Below are positions 16,715 to 27,078 of a DNA stretch of 64,000 bases, piece after piece (within the stretch, counting starts at the first letter, position 1; every line of letters starts with the position of its first letter). A program made the translations under genes and the position numbers. The DNA comes from Pseudomonadota bacterium (GTDB lineage: Bacteria; Pseudomonadota; Gammaproteobacteria; Steroidobacterales; Steroidobacteraceae), in assembly GCA_025356815.1 (NCBI GenBank), contig JANXQL010000028.1, positions 10,930-74,929 of the forward strand. The letters run 5' to 3'. The notes under the pieces were generated by a model, which made no database searches, was not told the origin of the DNA, and saw only the letters and a program-made list of their open reading frames with translations.

Positions 16715-17704
16715 GTGCGAAGAAGCCTTCTCTCGCCGCGGCGACTCCTGCCGATCGCCGTCTCCGCGGTGATCGTCGTGCTGGCGCTGCGCTTCCTGAC
16801 CAGCGCCACCCACGGCCTGCACGTCGCCGACGTGCTGCGTGCACTGCACGAGATCCCGCTGACCGAGGTCGTCACCGGCGCGATCCTGGTGGTGGTGCTG
16901 TACTCGGCGCTCGCCACCTACGAGGCGATCGTCGCCCGCTACCTCGGCGGTCCGGTGAGCAGCCGCCGGGCGGCGATGGGCGGCGTGCTCGCCGCCTCCA
17001 TCGGCCACGCGCTCGGCCTGGGCACCGTGTCGGGCGGCGCGATCCGCTATCGCATCTATGCCGCCGCCGGCATGCGGCCGCTCGCGGTGGGCAAAATGAT
17101 CCTGCTCGCCGCGATCCCGTATCCGGGTGGTCTGGGTCTGCTGCTGGCGATATCGCTCCTGGTGCAGAGCGAGGCGGCCGCGCCGATCCTGCACACCAGC
17201 AGCGAACTTGCGCGCGGCATCGGCCTTGCGCTCGTCGTGCTGCACATCGCCTACGTGACGCTGGTGCTCAGGCGCCGCCAACCGCTCATGTTCGGTCGCT
17301 ACCTCGTGACGCTGCCGCCGCCGCGGCTGACCGCGGTGCAGTACTGCGTCGGCGTTATCGAGGTGTGCTCGGCCGCGAGCATCCTGTACGTGCTGCTGCC
17401 GACCGAGGCCGGCCTGCCCTTCAGCGTCTTCATCGGCGTGTACGTGCTCAGCATCCTCGCGGGCCTCGCCAGCAGCGTGCCGGCCGGGTTCGGCGTGTTC
17501 GATGCAACGCTGATCGGGCTGTTGCCGCATGCGCCGCAGGCGGAGCTGTGGGCCGCCGTGATCGTCTACCGCATGCTGCTCGAGCTTGCGCCGCTCGTGT
17601 GTGCCTCGCTCGTGTTCGCGGCTTACGAGGTCTGGTGGCGGCTGCCGGCCCAGCGGGCGCGGGTCGCGGCGCTGCGCGCCGCCGCGCGAGACGCAGACGA
17701 CTGA
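16715..17704 (+). CDS. Lysylphosphatidylglycerol-synthase-TM-region / YbhN (UPF0104) family membrane protein
   Basis: GTG start. Polytopic membrane protein with LYSALATYEAIVARYLG...GGAIRYRIY. Confidence 0.6.
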   Translation: MRRSLLSPRRLLPIAVSAVIVVLALRFLTSATHGLHVADVLRALHEIPLTEVVTGAILVVVLYSALATYEAIVARYLGGPVSSRRAAMGGVLAASIGHALGLGTVSGGAIRYRIYAAAGMRPLAVGKMILLAAIPYPGGLGLLLAISLLVQSEAAAPILHTSSELARGIGLALVVLHIAYVTLVLRRRQPLMFGRYLVTLPPPRLTAVQYCVGVIEVCSAASILYVLLPTEAGLPFSVFIGVYVLSILAGLASSVPAGFGVFDATLIGLLPHAPQAELWAAVIVYRMLLELAPLVCASLVFAAYEVWWRLPAQRARVAALRAAARDADD

Positions 17705-17710
17705 CCTCGA

Positions 17711-18328
17711 TCAGGGCGTCGACGCCTCGGCCCGCGTGCCGACGGTCGGCAGCACCGTGATGCGCAGCCGACCGTTCGCGGCAGCACCCAGCCACGCGCT
17801 GCGCGCGGCCTGCGCGGCCGCCTCGGCCGTGTCGGCGGGCGGCATCTGCCGCGGCGCGGCCAGCTCGGCGGGCGTGTACACGACCAGGTAACGCTCGTGC
17901 GCCTGGGCGGGATCCACAGCGACCGTCAGCCGATATGCAGGCGCCTGCGTGTCCTCGAACACCGGCAGGTCGAAGCGCAGCATCTCAAGCTCGGTCTGGC
18001 GCGACACCAGGAAGTCGTCGGTCAACAGCGCCGCGACCGGGTACAGCGCGCGCGCAGGGTCGGTGCCGCCCTGCAGCAGGCTGCGGATTTCGATGAGGTA
18101 GGGCGTGCCCGCGTCCGGCAGCCTAAATGCCCGGTAGCCGCTCATGCCGGTCTTGAACTCGAAGCGCGGGCTGGTCGGGGTGATCGACGCCTCGACGCTG
18201 CCCTGCACCGGCAGCGGCTGGTAGAGAAACTGCGCCGGATCCGCGGGCGGGGACGCCGCCACCGCCAGCGGCAGCGCCCCCAGCAGTGCCGCAAGGGCGT
18301 GCGGGCGGGGACGGGGATGAACTGGCAT
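17711..18328 (-). CDS. Hypothetical secreted protein
   Basis: Signal peptide MPVHPRPRPHALAALLGALPLAVAA. No confident family assignment. Confidence 0.5.
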   Translation of the reverse strand: MPVHPRPRPHALAALLGALPLAVAASPPADPAQFLYQPLPVQGSVEASITPTSPRFEFKTGMSGYRAFRLPDAGTPYLIEIRSLLQGGTDPARALYPVAALLTDDFLVSRQTELEMLRFDLPVFEDTQAPAYRLTVAVDPAQAHERYLVVYTPAELAAPRQMPPADTAEAAAQAARSAWLGAAANGRLRITVLPTVGTRAEASTP

Positions 18329-18416
18329 GGCGCAAGGCTAGCATGGACAGGGCGCCGCGCCCGCCGTCGCGTACCATGGGAGTCCGCCTCCCTGGGGCCC
18401 CAGATCCCTCCCGCCC

Positions 18417-20501
18417 ATGACCGACGACGCTCCCCGCGCCGCGCTTCGCAACTTCGACGTGCTCTCGCCGTGGGGCGCACGCGCCGATCCCTACTACTGG
18501 CTGCGGGACGACGAGCGCGAAGACCCGGACGTGCTCGACTACCTGCACGCCGAGAATGACTATCGCAGCCGCACGCTGGGCCGGCTGCGACCGCTGGAGG
18601 AGCGGCTCTTCGTCGAGATGACCGGCCGTCTGCGCCAGGACGACGCGACGGTGCCGGTGCTGTCGAACGGCTACTGGTACTGGAGCCGCTACGAGCCCGG
18701 CCGGGAGTACGCGCTGCACGTGCGCAGACGCGCACCCGGAGCCTCCGAGGAGCTGCTGGTCGACGGCAATGCCGAGGCGGTCGGGCGGGAGTTCTACGAG
18801 CTGGGCAACCTCGAGGTGAGTCCCGACAACCGCACGCTCGCGCTGGCCGAGGACACGCGCGGCCGGCGCCAGTACACATTGCGCTTTCGCGACCTCGCCA
18901 CCGGCCAGGACTACCCCGAGCGCATCGACAACGCCGAGCCGGATCTTGCCTGGGCGGACGACGGCCGCGCGCTGCTGTACGTCGCGAAGGACCCGGAGAC
19001 GCTGCTCGGCTACCGCGTGTTCCGGCACCTGCTGGGCACGCCTGCCGACGCCGACACGCTGGTCTACGAGGAGGCGGACAGGGCGTTCTACATGGGCGTC
19101 GAGCGCAGCAAGAGCGGTCGCTACGTGTACATCGTGCTGCAGAGCACGGTGTCGAGCGAGTACCGCTACGCGCGCACCGACGATCCGACGCTTGCGTTCG
19201 AGCTTGCGTTGCCGCGCGAGCGCGACCACGAGTACCAGCTCGAGGATCTCGACGACCGGTTCGTGATCCGCAGCAATCACCGGGCGCCCAACTTCCGCAT
19301 CGCCTCCGCCCCGATCGCGACCATCGCCGACCGCGGCGCGTGGCGCGACGAGGTCGCGCACCGGACGGACGCGTTCATCGGCGGCTTCGAGGTGTTTGGC
19401 GAGTTCCTCGTGGTGGCCGAGCGTGCCGGCGGCCTGCGCCGGATCCGGGTGCGCGCCTGGGACGGCTCGCGCGACTTCCTGCTGGCCGCGGACGAGGCCG
19501 CCTACACGATGTCGCTCGGCGACAACGAAGAGCTCGACAGTCACGTGCTGCGCTACGTGTACTCGTCGCTGACGACGCCGCGCACCACCTATGACTACGA
19601 CATGCGCAGCGGCGAGCGCGTGCTGCTCAAGCGCGACCCGGTCGAGGGCGACTTCGACCCGGCCCGTTACGTCACCGAGTTCGTGCAGGCGCCGGCACGC
19701 GACGGGAGCCGCGTGCCGGTATCGCTGCTGTTCCGGCGCGGCTGCCCGCGCGACGGCACTGCGCCGCTCTACCAGTATGCCTACGGCGCCTACGGCCACT
19801 CGATCGACCCGTCGTTCCGCGCGACGGTTCTGTCGCTGGTGGACCGCGGCTTCGTGTTCGCGCTCGCGCACGTGCGCGGCGGCCAGGAGCTGGGTCGGCG
19901 CTGGTACGACGACGGTCGCACGCTCGCCAAGCGGCACACCTTCGAGGACTTCGTCGACGTCACGCGCCACCTGGTGGGCGAGCGCTACGTCGACCCGGCG
20001 CGGGTCTGCGCCGCCGGCGGCAGCGCGGGCGGACTGCTGATCGGCGCGGTCGCCAACCTTGCGCCGACCGAATATCGCGCGCTGGTCGCGCACGTGCCGT
20101 TCGTCGACATCGTCACGACCATGCTCGACGACGACATCCCGCTGACGACCAATGAGTACGACGAGTGGGGCAACCCCGCGGCCGACCGCGTCGTGCACGA
20201 CTACATGCTATCGTACAGCCCTTACGACAACGTCACCGCCCAGGCGTATCCAGCGATGCTGGTGACCACCGGCCTGCACGACAGCCAGGTGCAGTACTGG
20301 GAGCCCGCCAAGTGGGTCGCGCGACTGCGTGCGCGGCGTACCAACGATGCGCTGGTCGTGCTGCACACCAATTTCGACACCGGCCACGGCGGTAAGTCCG
20401 GGCGTTTCGAGCGCTACCGCGAGATCGCCGAGGAATACGCGTTCCTGCTCGACCAGACCGGGCTCGCGGCCGCCGAGCCCGTCCGAGGAGACTCACCATG
20501 A
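18417..20501 (+). CDS. ptrB: Oligopeptidase B (S9A prolyl oligopeptidase family)
   Basis: 694 aa. N-terminal [26 protein letters not shown]. Catalytic-Ser motif GGSAGGLL. C-terminal His region DTGHGG. Confidence 0.85.
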   Translation: MTDDAPRAALRNFDVLSPWGARADPYYWLRDDEREDPDVLDYLHAENDYRSRTLGRLRPLEERLFVEMTGRLRQDDATVPVLSNGYWYWSRYEPGREYALHVRRRAPGASEELLVDGNAEAVGREFYELGNLEVSPDNRTLALAEDTRGRRQYTLRFRDLATGQDYPERIDNAEPDLAWADDGRALLYVAKDPETLLGYRVFRHLLGTPADADTLVYEEADRAFYMGVERSKSGRYVYIVLQSTVSSEYRYARTDDPTLAFELALPRERDHEYQLEDLDDRFVIRSNHRAPNFRIASAPIATIADRGAWRDEVAHRTDAFIGGFEVFGEFLVVAERAGGLRRIRVRAWDGSRDFLLAADEAAYTMSLGDNEELDSHVLRYVYSSLTTPRTTYDYDMRSGERVLLKRDPVEGDFDPARYVTEFVQAPARDGSRVPVSLLFRRGCPRDGTAPLYQYAYGAYGHSIDPSFRATVLSLVDRGFVFALAHVRGGQELGRRWYDDGRTLAKRHTFEDFVDVTRHLVGERYVDPARVCAAGGSAGGLLIGAVANLAPTEYRALVAHVPFVDIVTTMLDDDIPLTTNEYDEWGNPAADRVVHDYMLSYSPYDNVTAQAYPAMLVTTGLHDSQVQYWEPAKWVARLRARRTNDALVVLHTNFDTGHGGKSGRFERYREIAEEYAFLLDQTGLAAAEPVRGDSP

Positions 20502-21100
20502 AGCTCTACTACGCCCCCGGCGCCTGCTCGCTCGCTGCGCACATCGTGCTGCGCGAACTCGAGCTGCCGTTCCAGCTGGTCGCGGTCAGCCTGTCGCGCA
20601 AGACCACCAGCAGCGGCGCCGATTTCAACGCCATCAACCCGAAGGGCTACGTGCCGGTGCTGCAGCTCGACGACGGCAGGTTGCTGACCGAGGGCACCGC
20701 CGTGCTGCAGTATCTGGCGGATCTGGCGCCGGGCAAGGCGCTGGCGCCCGCCAACGGCACGTTCGAGCGCTACCGGCTGCAGGAGTGGCTGGGGTTCATC
20801 AACTCCGAGCTGCACAAGACCTTCGGGCCGCTGTTCGATGCGACGGCGCCGGCGGAGGCGAAGGCGCGCGCCCGCGCGCTGCTGGGCCGGCGCCTGGGCT
20901 ACCTCGACGGCGTGCTGCACGGGCCGTACCTGATGGGCGCGACATTCACGGTGGCCGACGCGTACCTGTACACGGTGCTCAGCTGGGCCAGCCACGTCGG
21001 CGTGGACCTCGACGACTGGCCGGCCGTGAAGGGCTACTTCGAACGGCTGGTGACGCGGCCGACGATCCAGGCCGCGCACGCCGCCGAGCGCGCACGCTAG
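20498..21100 (+). CDS. gstA: Glutathione S-transferase (beta-class, GstA-like)
   Basis: [25 protein letters not shown].... ATGA overlap with ptrB and a GAGGAG Shine-Dalgarno. Confidence 0.8.
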   Translation: MKLYYAPGACSLAAHIVLRELELPFQLVAVSLSRKTTSSGADFNAINPKGYVPVLQLDDGRLLTEGTAVLQYLADLAPGKALAPANGTFERYRLQEWLGFINSELHKTFGPLFDATAPAEAKARARALLGRRLGYLDGVLHGPYLMGATFTVADAYLYTVLSWASHVGVDLDDWPAVKGYFERLVTRPTIQAAHAAERAR

Positions 21101-21104
21101 CGGC

Positions 21105-23264
21105 TCAGGCCGGTGCCTTGACGAACTCGGTGTGTGCAAGCGGCAGTCGCCGCGCGCGCACGCCGGTCAGCGCGTACAGCGCGTTCGCGACCGCAGGTGC
21201 GAGCGGCGGCGTGCCCGGCTCGCCGACGCCGGTCGGCGCGTCGGTCGAAGGCACGATGTGCACCTCGACGCGCGGCATCTCGGTGAGGCGCAGCGGCGGG
21301 TAGTCGCCGAAGTTCGACTGCTGGACGCGGCCCTGCGCGAGCGTGATCTCGCCGTGCAGCGCTGCGGACAGCGCGTAGCAGACCGCGCTCTCCACCTGGT
21401 ACGCGACCTGGCCCGGGTTCACCGCGAGCCCGCAGTGGATCGCCGCGACCACGCGGTGCACGCGCGGCCGCCCGTCGATGAGCGACACCTCGGCGACCTC
21501 GGCGACCACGCTGCCGAACGAGGCGTGCACCGCGAGGCCGCGGGCATGGCCGGCCGGCAGTGGCGTGCCCCAGCCGGCCTTCTCGGTCGCAAGCTTGAGC
21601 ACGGCGAGGTGGCGCGGCTGGTCGGCGAGCAGCGCGAGGCGATAGGCGAGCGGGTCCTGGCCTGCGGCCGTGGCGCACTCGTCGATGAAGCTCTCGACCG
21701 CGAAGCCCGTCTGGGCGTGGCCGACCGATCGCCACCACAGCACCGGTACCGCCTGGCGTGCGTCGTGCACGGCGACGTGCACGTTCGGCACGGCGTACGG
21801 CTGGTGCGAGGCGCCCTCGTGCTGGGTCTCCTCGATGCCGGTCCTGGGGTCGGCCATCATCTTCTCGAACGGCGTGCCGCGCGTGATCGACTGCACCACC
21901 TGCGTGTGGCTCCAGCGCGTCGGCCGGCCGTCGACGCCGAGCATGGCGGTCAGGCGGTTGTGTGCCTGCGGCCGGTAGTAGCCGCCGTGGATGTCGTCCT
22001 CGCGCGTCCACACCGTCATCACCGGCGCCGGGTAGCCCTTCGCGACCGCGACCGCCTCGCGCACGAAATCGCTGGCGGGATTGGCGCGGCGCCCGAAGCC
22101 GCCGCCGAGCAGCATCGTGTGGATGCGCACCTGCTCCGGCGCCAGCCCCGCCACGGCAGCTGCGGCGGCCCGGTCGACGGTCTGGAACTGGGTGCCGGTG
22201 TGGATGTCGCAGCCATCGGCGGAAAACGCGACGGCGCAGTTGAGCGGCTCCATCGGCGCGTGCGCGAGGTACGGGGTCGCGTAGTCGGCCTCGAGCGCCC
22301 GTCCGCTGCCGGTCGCGGCCATGTCGCCGCGCTCGTAGATCGTGACGCCCGGCGTGCGTGCACGCGCGGCGTAGTCGGCCGCGATGGCCTCGCTCGAGAC
22401 GGCGGCGCCGGCACCGGCTACCCACTCGACCTTGAGCGCGGCGCGCCCCTGGATCGCCGCCCAGGTGTTGGTCGCGATCACCGCGATGCCGCTGGGCACC
22501 TCGCGCACGGCCAGCACGCCCTGCACCTCGCGCGCGGCCGTCGCGTCGTAGTGGCTCACCGTCGCGCCGAAGGTCGGCGCGCGGGCGACGACCGCGTAGG
22601 CCATGCCGGGCAGCCGCACGTCGCAGCCGAAGCGGGCGCTGCCGTCGACCTTGCCGCGGGTGTCGATCCGCGGCACGGCCTTGCCGATCAGTTGCCACTC
22701 GCTGGCGGGCTTGGGCTGCGGGTCGGAGGGCGCCGGCAGGGTCGCGGCGCGCGCGGCGAGGGCGCCGTACGGCAGGTGCCGGCCGCTGGCGGCGTGCACC
22801 ACCGCGCCATTCACCGCGCGCAGCTCGGTGGCGTCGACGCCGAACTCGGCCGCCGCGGCGCCCAGCAGCAGGCTGCGCGCGCTGGCGCCGGCCTTGCGCA
22901 GCACCTCGAAGCTGCCCGCGATGCTCGAGCTGCCGCCGGTGAACTGGATCGGCGCGAAGGCGGCGTTGTAGACGGCGGCGACCGGCGCCGCCTCGATGCT
23001 GACGTGCTCGAGGCCGACCTCGAGCTCGTCGGCGAGGATCTGCGCAAATCCGGTGTAGATGCCCTGACCCATCTCCGATTTCGGCACCAGCAGCGTGACC
23101 CGGCCGTCGCTCGCGATGCGCACGTAGGCGTTGACGCTCGAGTCGACGACCGTCGCCGCGCCCGCGCCCGCGGCGCGGCCGCGCTGCGGCAGGGCGATGC
23201 CAATCAGCAGGCCACCGGCGGCGATGCCGGCGGTCTTCAGAAACGTCCGGCGGGAGGCGTGCAT
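21105..23264 (-). CDS. Molybdopterin-binding oxidoreductase large subunit (aldehyde oxidase / isoquinoline 1-oxidoreductase beta-subunit family)
   Basis: 719 aa. Tat-type signal [22 protein letters not shown]. Partnered with the adjacent 2Fe-2S subunit. Confidence 0.8.
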   Translation of the reverse strand: MHASRRTFLKTAGIAAGGLLIGIALPQRGRAAGAGAATVVDSSVNAYVRIASDGRVTLLVPKSEMGQGIYTGFAQILADELEVGLEHVSIEAAPVAAVYNAAFAPIQFTGGSSSIAGSFEVLRKAGASARSLLLGAAAAEFGVDATELRAVNGAVVHAASGRHLPYGALAARAATLPAPSDPQPKPASEWQLIGKAVPRIDTRGKVDGSARFGCDVRLPGMAYAVVARAPTFGATVSHYDATAAREVQGVLAVREVPSGIAVIATNTWAAIQGRAALKVEWVAGAGAAVSSEAIAADYAARARTPGVTIYERGDMAATGSGRALEADYATPYLAHAPMEPLNCAVAFSADGCDIHTGTQFQTVDRAAAAAVAGLAPEQVRIHTMLLGGGFGRRANPASDFVREAVAVAKGYPAPVMTVWTREDDIHGGYYRPQAHNRLTAMLGVDGRPTRWSHTQVVQSITRGTPFEKMMADPRTGIEETQHEGASHQPYAVPNVHVAVHDARQAVPVLWWRSVGHAQTGFAVESFIDECATAAGQDPLAYRLALLADQPRHLAVLKLATEKAGWGTPLPAGHARGLAVHASFGSVVAEVAEVSLIDGRPRVHRVVAAIHCGLAVNPGQVAYQVESAVCYALSAALHGEITLAQGRVQQSNFGDYPPLRLTEMPRVEVHIVPSTDAPTGVGEPGTPPLAPAVANALYALTGVRARRLPLAHTEFVKAPA

Positions 23265-23274
23265 GGCGGGACCT

Positions 23275-23724
23275 TCAGGCGTCGGCGGCGCGGTGGATCG
23301 CCTGGCGGATGCGGTTGTAGGTGCCGCAGCGGCACAGATTGCCGTTCATCGCCGAGTCGATGTCCGCATCGCTCGGCCGCGGATGGCTCCTGAGCAGCGC
23401 GACCGCCGACATGATCTGGCCCGACTGGCAGTAGCCGCACTGCGGCACGTCCTCGGCGATCCACGCGGCCTGCACCTTCTTGCCGAGCGCGCTCTGGGCG
23501 ATGCCCTCGATGGTCGTGATCTTGCGGCCCGCGACCGCCGACAGCGGCGTCACGCAGGCTCGTGCCGCCTCGCCGTCCAGGTGCACCGTGCAGGCGCCGC
23601 ACAGCGCAGCACCGCAGCCGAACTTCGTGCCGGTCAGGCCGACGAGGTCACGCAGCGCCCACAGCAGCGGCATGTCGGGGGCGGCATCCAGTTCGTGGAG
23701 ATGGCCGTTGATGTCGAGTTGCAT
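23275..23724 (-). CDS. (2Fe-2S)-binding small subunit of the molybdopterin oxidoreductase
   Basis: [12 protein letters not shown] and [11 protein letters not shown] Cys clusters; 149 aa. Confidence 0.85.
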   Translation of the reverse strand: MQLDINGHLHELDAAPDMPLLWALRDLVGLTGTKFGCGAALCGACTVHLDGEAARACVTPLSAVAGRKITTIEGIAQSALGKKVQAAWIAEDVPQCGYCQSGQIMSAVALLRSHPRPSDADIDSAMNGNLCRCGTYNRIRQAIHRAADA

Positions 23725-23792
23725 GACAGCGCTCCGGGATCGGGGAGCCGAGGGTAGCGCGCCCGGCGCCCGGCGTCATGCATCGTTCGTCG

Positions 23793-24887
23793 TCAGCGCA
23801 GGCGGAACAGCAGCCGTTCGTGGACTTCGGCCGGCGCGCCCGTGTCGCTGTAGCGGAAGCGCTGCACGGCCGCGAGCGCGGCGGCCTCGAATGTGCCGCG
23901 CGGCTCCGCTGCGGTCACCGTCGCGCCTGCGACGCTGCCGTCGGCGGCGACCGTGACGGCAAGGGCGACCCAGCCCTCGACGCCGTTGCGGCGGGCTGCG
24001 AGCGGGTACTCGGGGGCCGGCGCCGCCAGGCGGCGCGGCGGCGCCGCTTCCACATCGACCGTGACCGGCGGCTGGGCGAGCACGTCGGGCGTGTACGCGA
24101 GTACGGGCGGGGGTGTCTCAAGGGCAGGCGTCTGCCGCTCGGCCAGCGCCTCGGCCGGCGCGTCGGCGACCGTTGGCCTGGCCGCGGCGGCAGGTTCGGT
24201 GGCGGCGGCGAGGGCGGCCTGCGCCGGGCGCGGGACCGCCCCCGCGGTCGCCGCCGTCGTTGCCGTCGGCCGGCTCGCCGGGCTGACCTTGACCGGCCGG
24301 GTGGCGATCGCGAGGGGTGGGGCGACCGGCGGCCAGAGCAGGCGTGCCAGCAGCAGCACGAGCAACGCCACCAGCGCCAGGGCCGCCGCCCAGCTGGCCG
24401 GCGACGCCGGCGGCACGGCAGCGCGCCGGTGGGCCGACTGCAGGCCGGCCTGGCGTCGCAGCGCGGCATCGACGAACGTGCGGGCCCGCTCGATCGATAC
24501 CGGGCGGTGCAGGAAGCGATGGACGTGTCCGGCCGACAGCTGCGCACTGAGCGCGGCCTCGTCGTCGCGCGAGCCGACCGCGATCAGCGACAGCTCCGGG
24601 AACTGCTCGGCCAGCCGATCGACGAGCAGCACCGAGCTGCTGCCGAGCGAGGCGCAGTCCACCACCAGCACGGCGGTGCTTTCCTGCAGCAGCAGGTCCG
24701 CGAGCGCGAGCGGGGTCGCGATGATCATCACGGTGCGATCCGGCGTGGCCCTACGCAGCGCCTCGCCGAGCGCAGCGTCCTCGGTGACGACCGCGATCGT
24801 CAGGCGCGCGGCCGCGATCGGGGCGAGCGCAGGCACCGGGCCCGATGCCCGGTGCCGGACCGCCGCTGCAGCGCGACGCATGTGCAT
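23793..24887 (-). CDS. TonB C-terminal-domain protein with a receiver-like N-terminal domain
   Basis: Start MHMRRAAA, with an AAGGA Shine-Dalgarno 10 nt upstream. The N-terminus has a CheY-like beta/alpha pattern (IAVVTED...VLVVDC...LIAVGS...RFLHRP). This is followed by one TM segment (WAAALALVALLVLLLARLLW), an Ala/Pro-rich linker and a TonB_C-like end (PEYPLAARRNGVEGWVALAVTVAADGSV). Confidence 0.65.
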   Translation of the reverse strand: MHMRRAAAAVRHRASGPVPALAPIAAARLTIAVVTEDAALGEALRRATPDRTVMIIATPLALADLLLQESTAVLVVDCASLGSSSVLLVDRLAEQFPELSLIAVGSRDDEAALSAQLSAGHVHRFLHRPVSIERARTFVDAALRRQAGLQSAHRRAAVPPASPASWAAALALVALLVLLLARLLWPPVAPPLAIATRPVKVSPASRPTATTAATAGAVPRPAQAALAAATEPAAAARPTVADAPAEALAERQTPALETPPPVLAYTPDVLAQPPVTVDVEAAPPRRLAAPAPEYPLAARRNGVEGWVALAVTVAADGSVAGATVTAAEPRGTFEAAALAAVQRFRYSDTGAPAEVHERLLFRLR

Positions 24888-25140
24888 GGTCCGAACGTCC
24901 TTGCGGCGCGGGCCTTGGGGGCCCGTCCGGCTAGCTCGTGGGGCGGGCGACTCTGACGGCCACCCTGCCACCACCCCAGCGGACATCGTTCTGCAATGCC
25001 GCCGTTGCGGGCGGGAGACAGTTAACGGTTGGCCGCAAGCCCCCTGTGACGGGCGTCAAAAAAACCAACCCTGACGCTGGCTTATGTCACCCGACGCGCT
25101 CCCCGGGGGCCATGACTGTCGCGTTCGCGCGTCACGCAAC

Positions 25141-25161
25141 TAATTGATATTGATTAATTTT
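25141..25161. promoter_or_regulatory. AT-rich island with tandem ATTGAT units (weak Fur-box-like)
   Basis: TAATTGATATTGATTAATTTT is the only strongly AT-rich stretch in a GC-rich divergent intergenic region. It lies between the TonB-like gene (start 24887, minus) and the gene at 25291 (plus). Confidence 0.25.
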
Positions 25162-25290
25162 GTCGAGCCCAGGAGGCATTTTGACGCTCGACACGGACGC
25201 CTCCCCGGAGCAGGATGTCCGCCGACGGGAGTCTGGCTGCGAAAAGGCGGCCGGGCGACAGAACAAAAAAATCGGATGGGGGTTGAGAGC

Positions 25291-25746
25291 ATGGCCTACC
25301 AGATCCTGGTGAAGTCGCGCCTGCCGGCGACGATGCGTGGACAACTCGAGGCGCTGCTGTTCTTCAACGCGCGCCAGCACCGGATGCGCGAGAAGATCGC
25401 AGCGACCATCGAGCGATATGGCGTGCCCGAGCTGGTCGACGACCGCGGCTGGCTGCGCGTGCAGGTCGCGGGCAGGCCGGAGGTGCAGACGCTGTACGCC
25501 GTGCACGAGGAGGATGACCGCGCCCGCCCCGTCGGCGTGATCGTCTACCTGCGCGACAGCTTCGAGCACATCACCGTGCTGCACGTCGGCGTCGCCGACG
25601 ACTACGCGGTCGGCGGGCGCTACGCCTCCGAGCGCGTGCTGCAGCGACTGATGCAGCACATCCGCCAGGTGGCGCGGCGCACCTGCGGCGTGCGCCACGT
25701 GGCGCTTGCCTACCGCGTGACGCGGCTGCGGGCGGCCACCGCCTGA
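25291..25746 (+). CDS. Hypothetical protein, possibly GNAT-like fold
   Basis: MAYQILVKSRLPATMRGQLEALLFFNARQHR.... ITVLHVGVADDYAVGGRYASERVLQRLMQHI resembles acetyltransferase motif A. Start chosen after GGTTGAGAG. Confidence 0.45.
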   Translation: MAYQILVKSRLPATMRGQLEALLFFNARQHRMREKIAATIERYGVPELVDDRGWLRVQVAGRPEVQTLYAVHEEDDRARPVGVIVYLRDSFEHITVLHVGVADDYAVGGRYASERVLQRLMQHIRQVARRTCGVRHVALAYRVTRLRAATA

Positions 25747-25811
25747 GCGCGGTCCGAAATCCCCCGGCCGCGGGTAGAATGGGGGTCCCCATCGTCCAGC
25801 CGGAGCCCCCC

Positions 25812-26357
25812 ATGACCCTGTCCCGCCTATACGCGCTGCTCGTGCTGTGCGTCCTCGGCCTGTCGCCCGTGGCAAGCCACGCGGCCTCCAAGGAAGTCCT
25901 CGACGCCAAGGTCCGCGAGGCGGTGCAGGAGCTGTACAAGACGTCCTCGGCCGCCAAGGAGCTCGCCGGCCACGCGCAGGCGATGCTGGTGTTCCCGGAG
26001 ATCTACAAGGCGGGCCTGGTCGTCGGCGGCGAGTTCGGCGAGGGCGCGCTGCTGGAGGGCGGGCATACGGCCGCCTACTACAACCTCGGCTCCGCTTCGA
26101 TCGGCTTCCAGGCCGGCGTGCAGCGCAAGAGCGTGGTCATCCTGTTCATGACGGCCGAGGCGCTCAAGCGCTTCCAGAGCGTCCGCGGCTGGAAGGCCGG
26201 GGTCGACGGCTCGGTCGCGATCGCCACCCTCGGCGCGGGCGGGCAGCTGGACACCGAGACGGTACAGAAGCCGATCGTCGGCTTCGTCTACTCGAACCAG
26301 GGCCTGATGTACAACCTGACCCTGGAAGGCTCGAAGATCACGCGCATCCGCAAGTGA
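25812..26357 (+). CDS. SYLF (Ysc84/DUF500) lipid-binding domain protein, secreted
   Basis: Signal peptide MTLSRLYALLVLCVLGLSPVASHA. GLVVGGEFGEGALL...GSASIGFQAGVQ pattern. Confidence 0.7.
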   Translation: MTLSRLYALLVLCVLGLSPVASHAASKEVLDAKVREAVQELYKTSSAAKELAGHAQAMLVFPEIYKAGLVVGGEFGEGALLEGGHTAAYYNLGSASIGFQAGVQRKSVVILFMTAEALKRFQSVRGWKAGVDGSVAIATLGAGGQLDTETVQKPIVGFVYSNQGLMYNLTLEGSKITRIRK

Positions 26358-26375
26358 CGCGCGTCGCGGCGACGG

Positions 26376-26990
26376 TCAGCGCCGCGGCGGGGTGTTGCCG
26401 TGCTGCGGCGAGGCGCTGGCCATGCCGCCGGTGAGCGCCAGGCGCATCGCGGCCTCCACCGGCATGTCCACCGGTTCGACGGCATTCTTCGGCAGGTACA
26501 GCGTCACGCCGCCGAGCATGTAGCTGAGCGGGAAGTAGACCGCCACGAGGTCGACGCCGCCGGCCTGCTTCTCCAGCTCCGGCAGGTCGTCGCGCGTCAC
26601 GAACCCCAGCATGCGGGCCTCGCCCACGCGATAGACCACGACGCTCTGCAGGTCGCGCTTGTTCTCGCCCGAGGGCAGCAGGCGCGTCACGTCGCGCACC
26701 GCCCCGTAGACGGTCTTCACCAGCGGGATGCGACCGAGGAACTCCTCCCATACCGAGATCGCGCGCCGCACGATGTAGGCGTTGACCAGAGAGCCGACCA
26801 CGAACAACGCCAGCAGGCCCGCGAGAATCCCCATGCCCGGCCGGTACTGGTCCGCCGGGACGAAGCCGCGGATGAAGCCGCGCATCAGCGACTCGGCGGC
26901 ATTCGCCAGCCACCAGACGGCGTAGATCGTCAGCCCGATCGGCAGGACGGCCGCGAGGCCTTTCATCAGAATATTGGTCAGCGCTTTCAT
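26376..26990 (-). CDS. DUF502-family membrane protein
   Basis: MKALTNILMKGLAAVLPIGLTIYAVWWL...GRIPLVKTVYGAVRDV. Confidence 0.7.
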   Translation of the reverse strand: MKALTNILMKGLAAVLPIGLTIYAVWWLANAAESLMRGFIRGFVPADQYRPGMGILAGLLALFVVGSLVNAYIVRRAISVWEEFLGRIPLVKTVYGAVRDVTRLLPSGENKRDLQSVVVYRVGEARMLGFVTRDDLPELEKQAGGVDLVAVYFPLSYMLGGVTLYLPKNAVEPVDMPVEAAMRLALTGGMASASPQHGNTPPRR

Positions 26991-27078
26991 GGTGTGCTCG
27001 CGCGGCGGCGAGGGGCCGGGCAACGCTAGTGTGACACGCGCCGCGCGCAACGGCGTAACCGGTGGACGACGACCCGGG

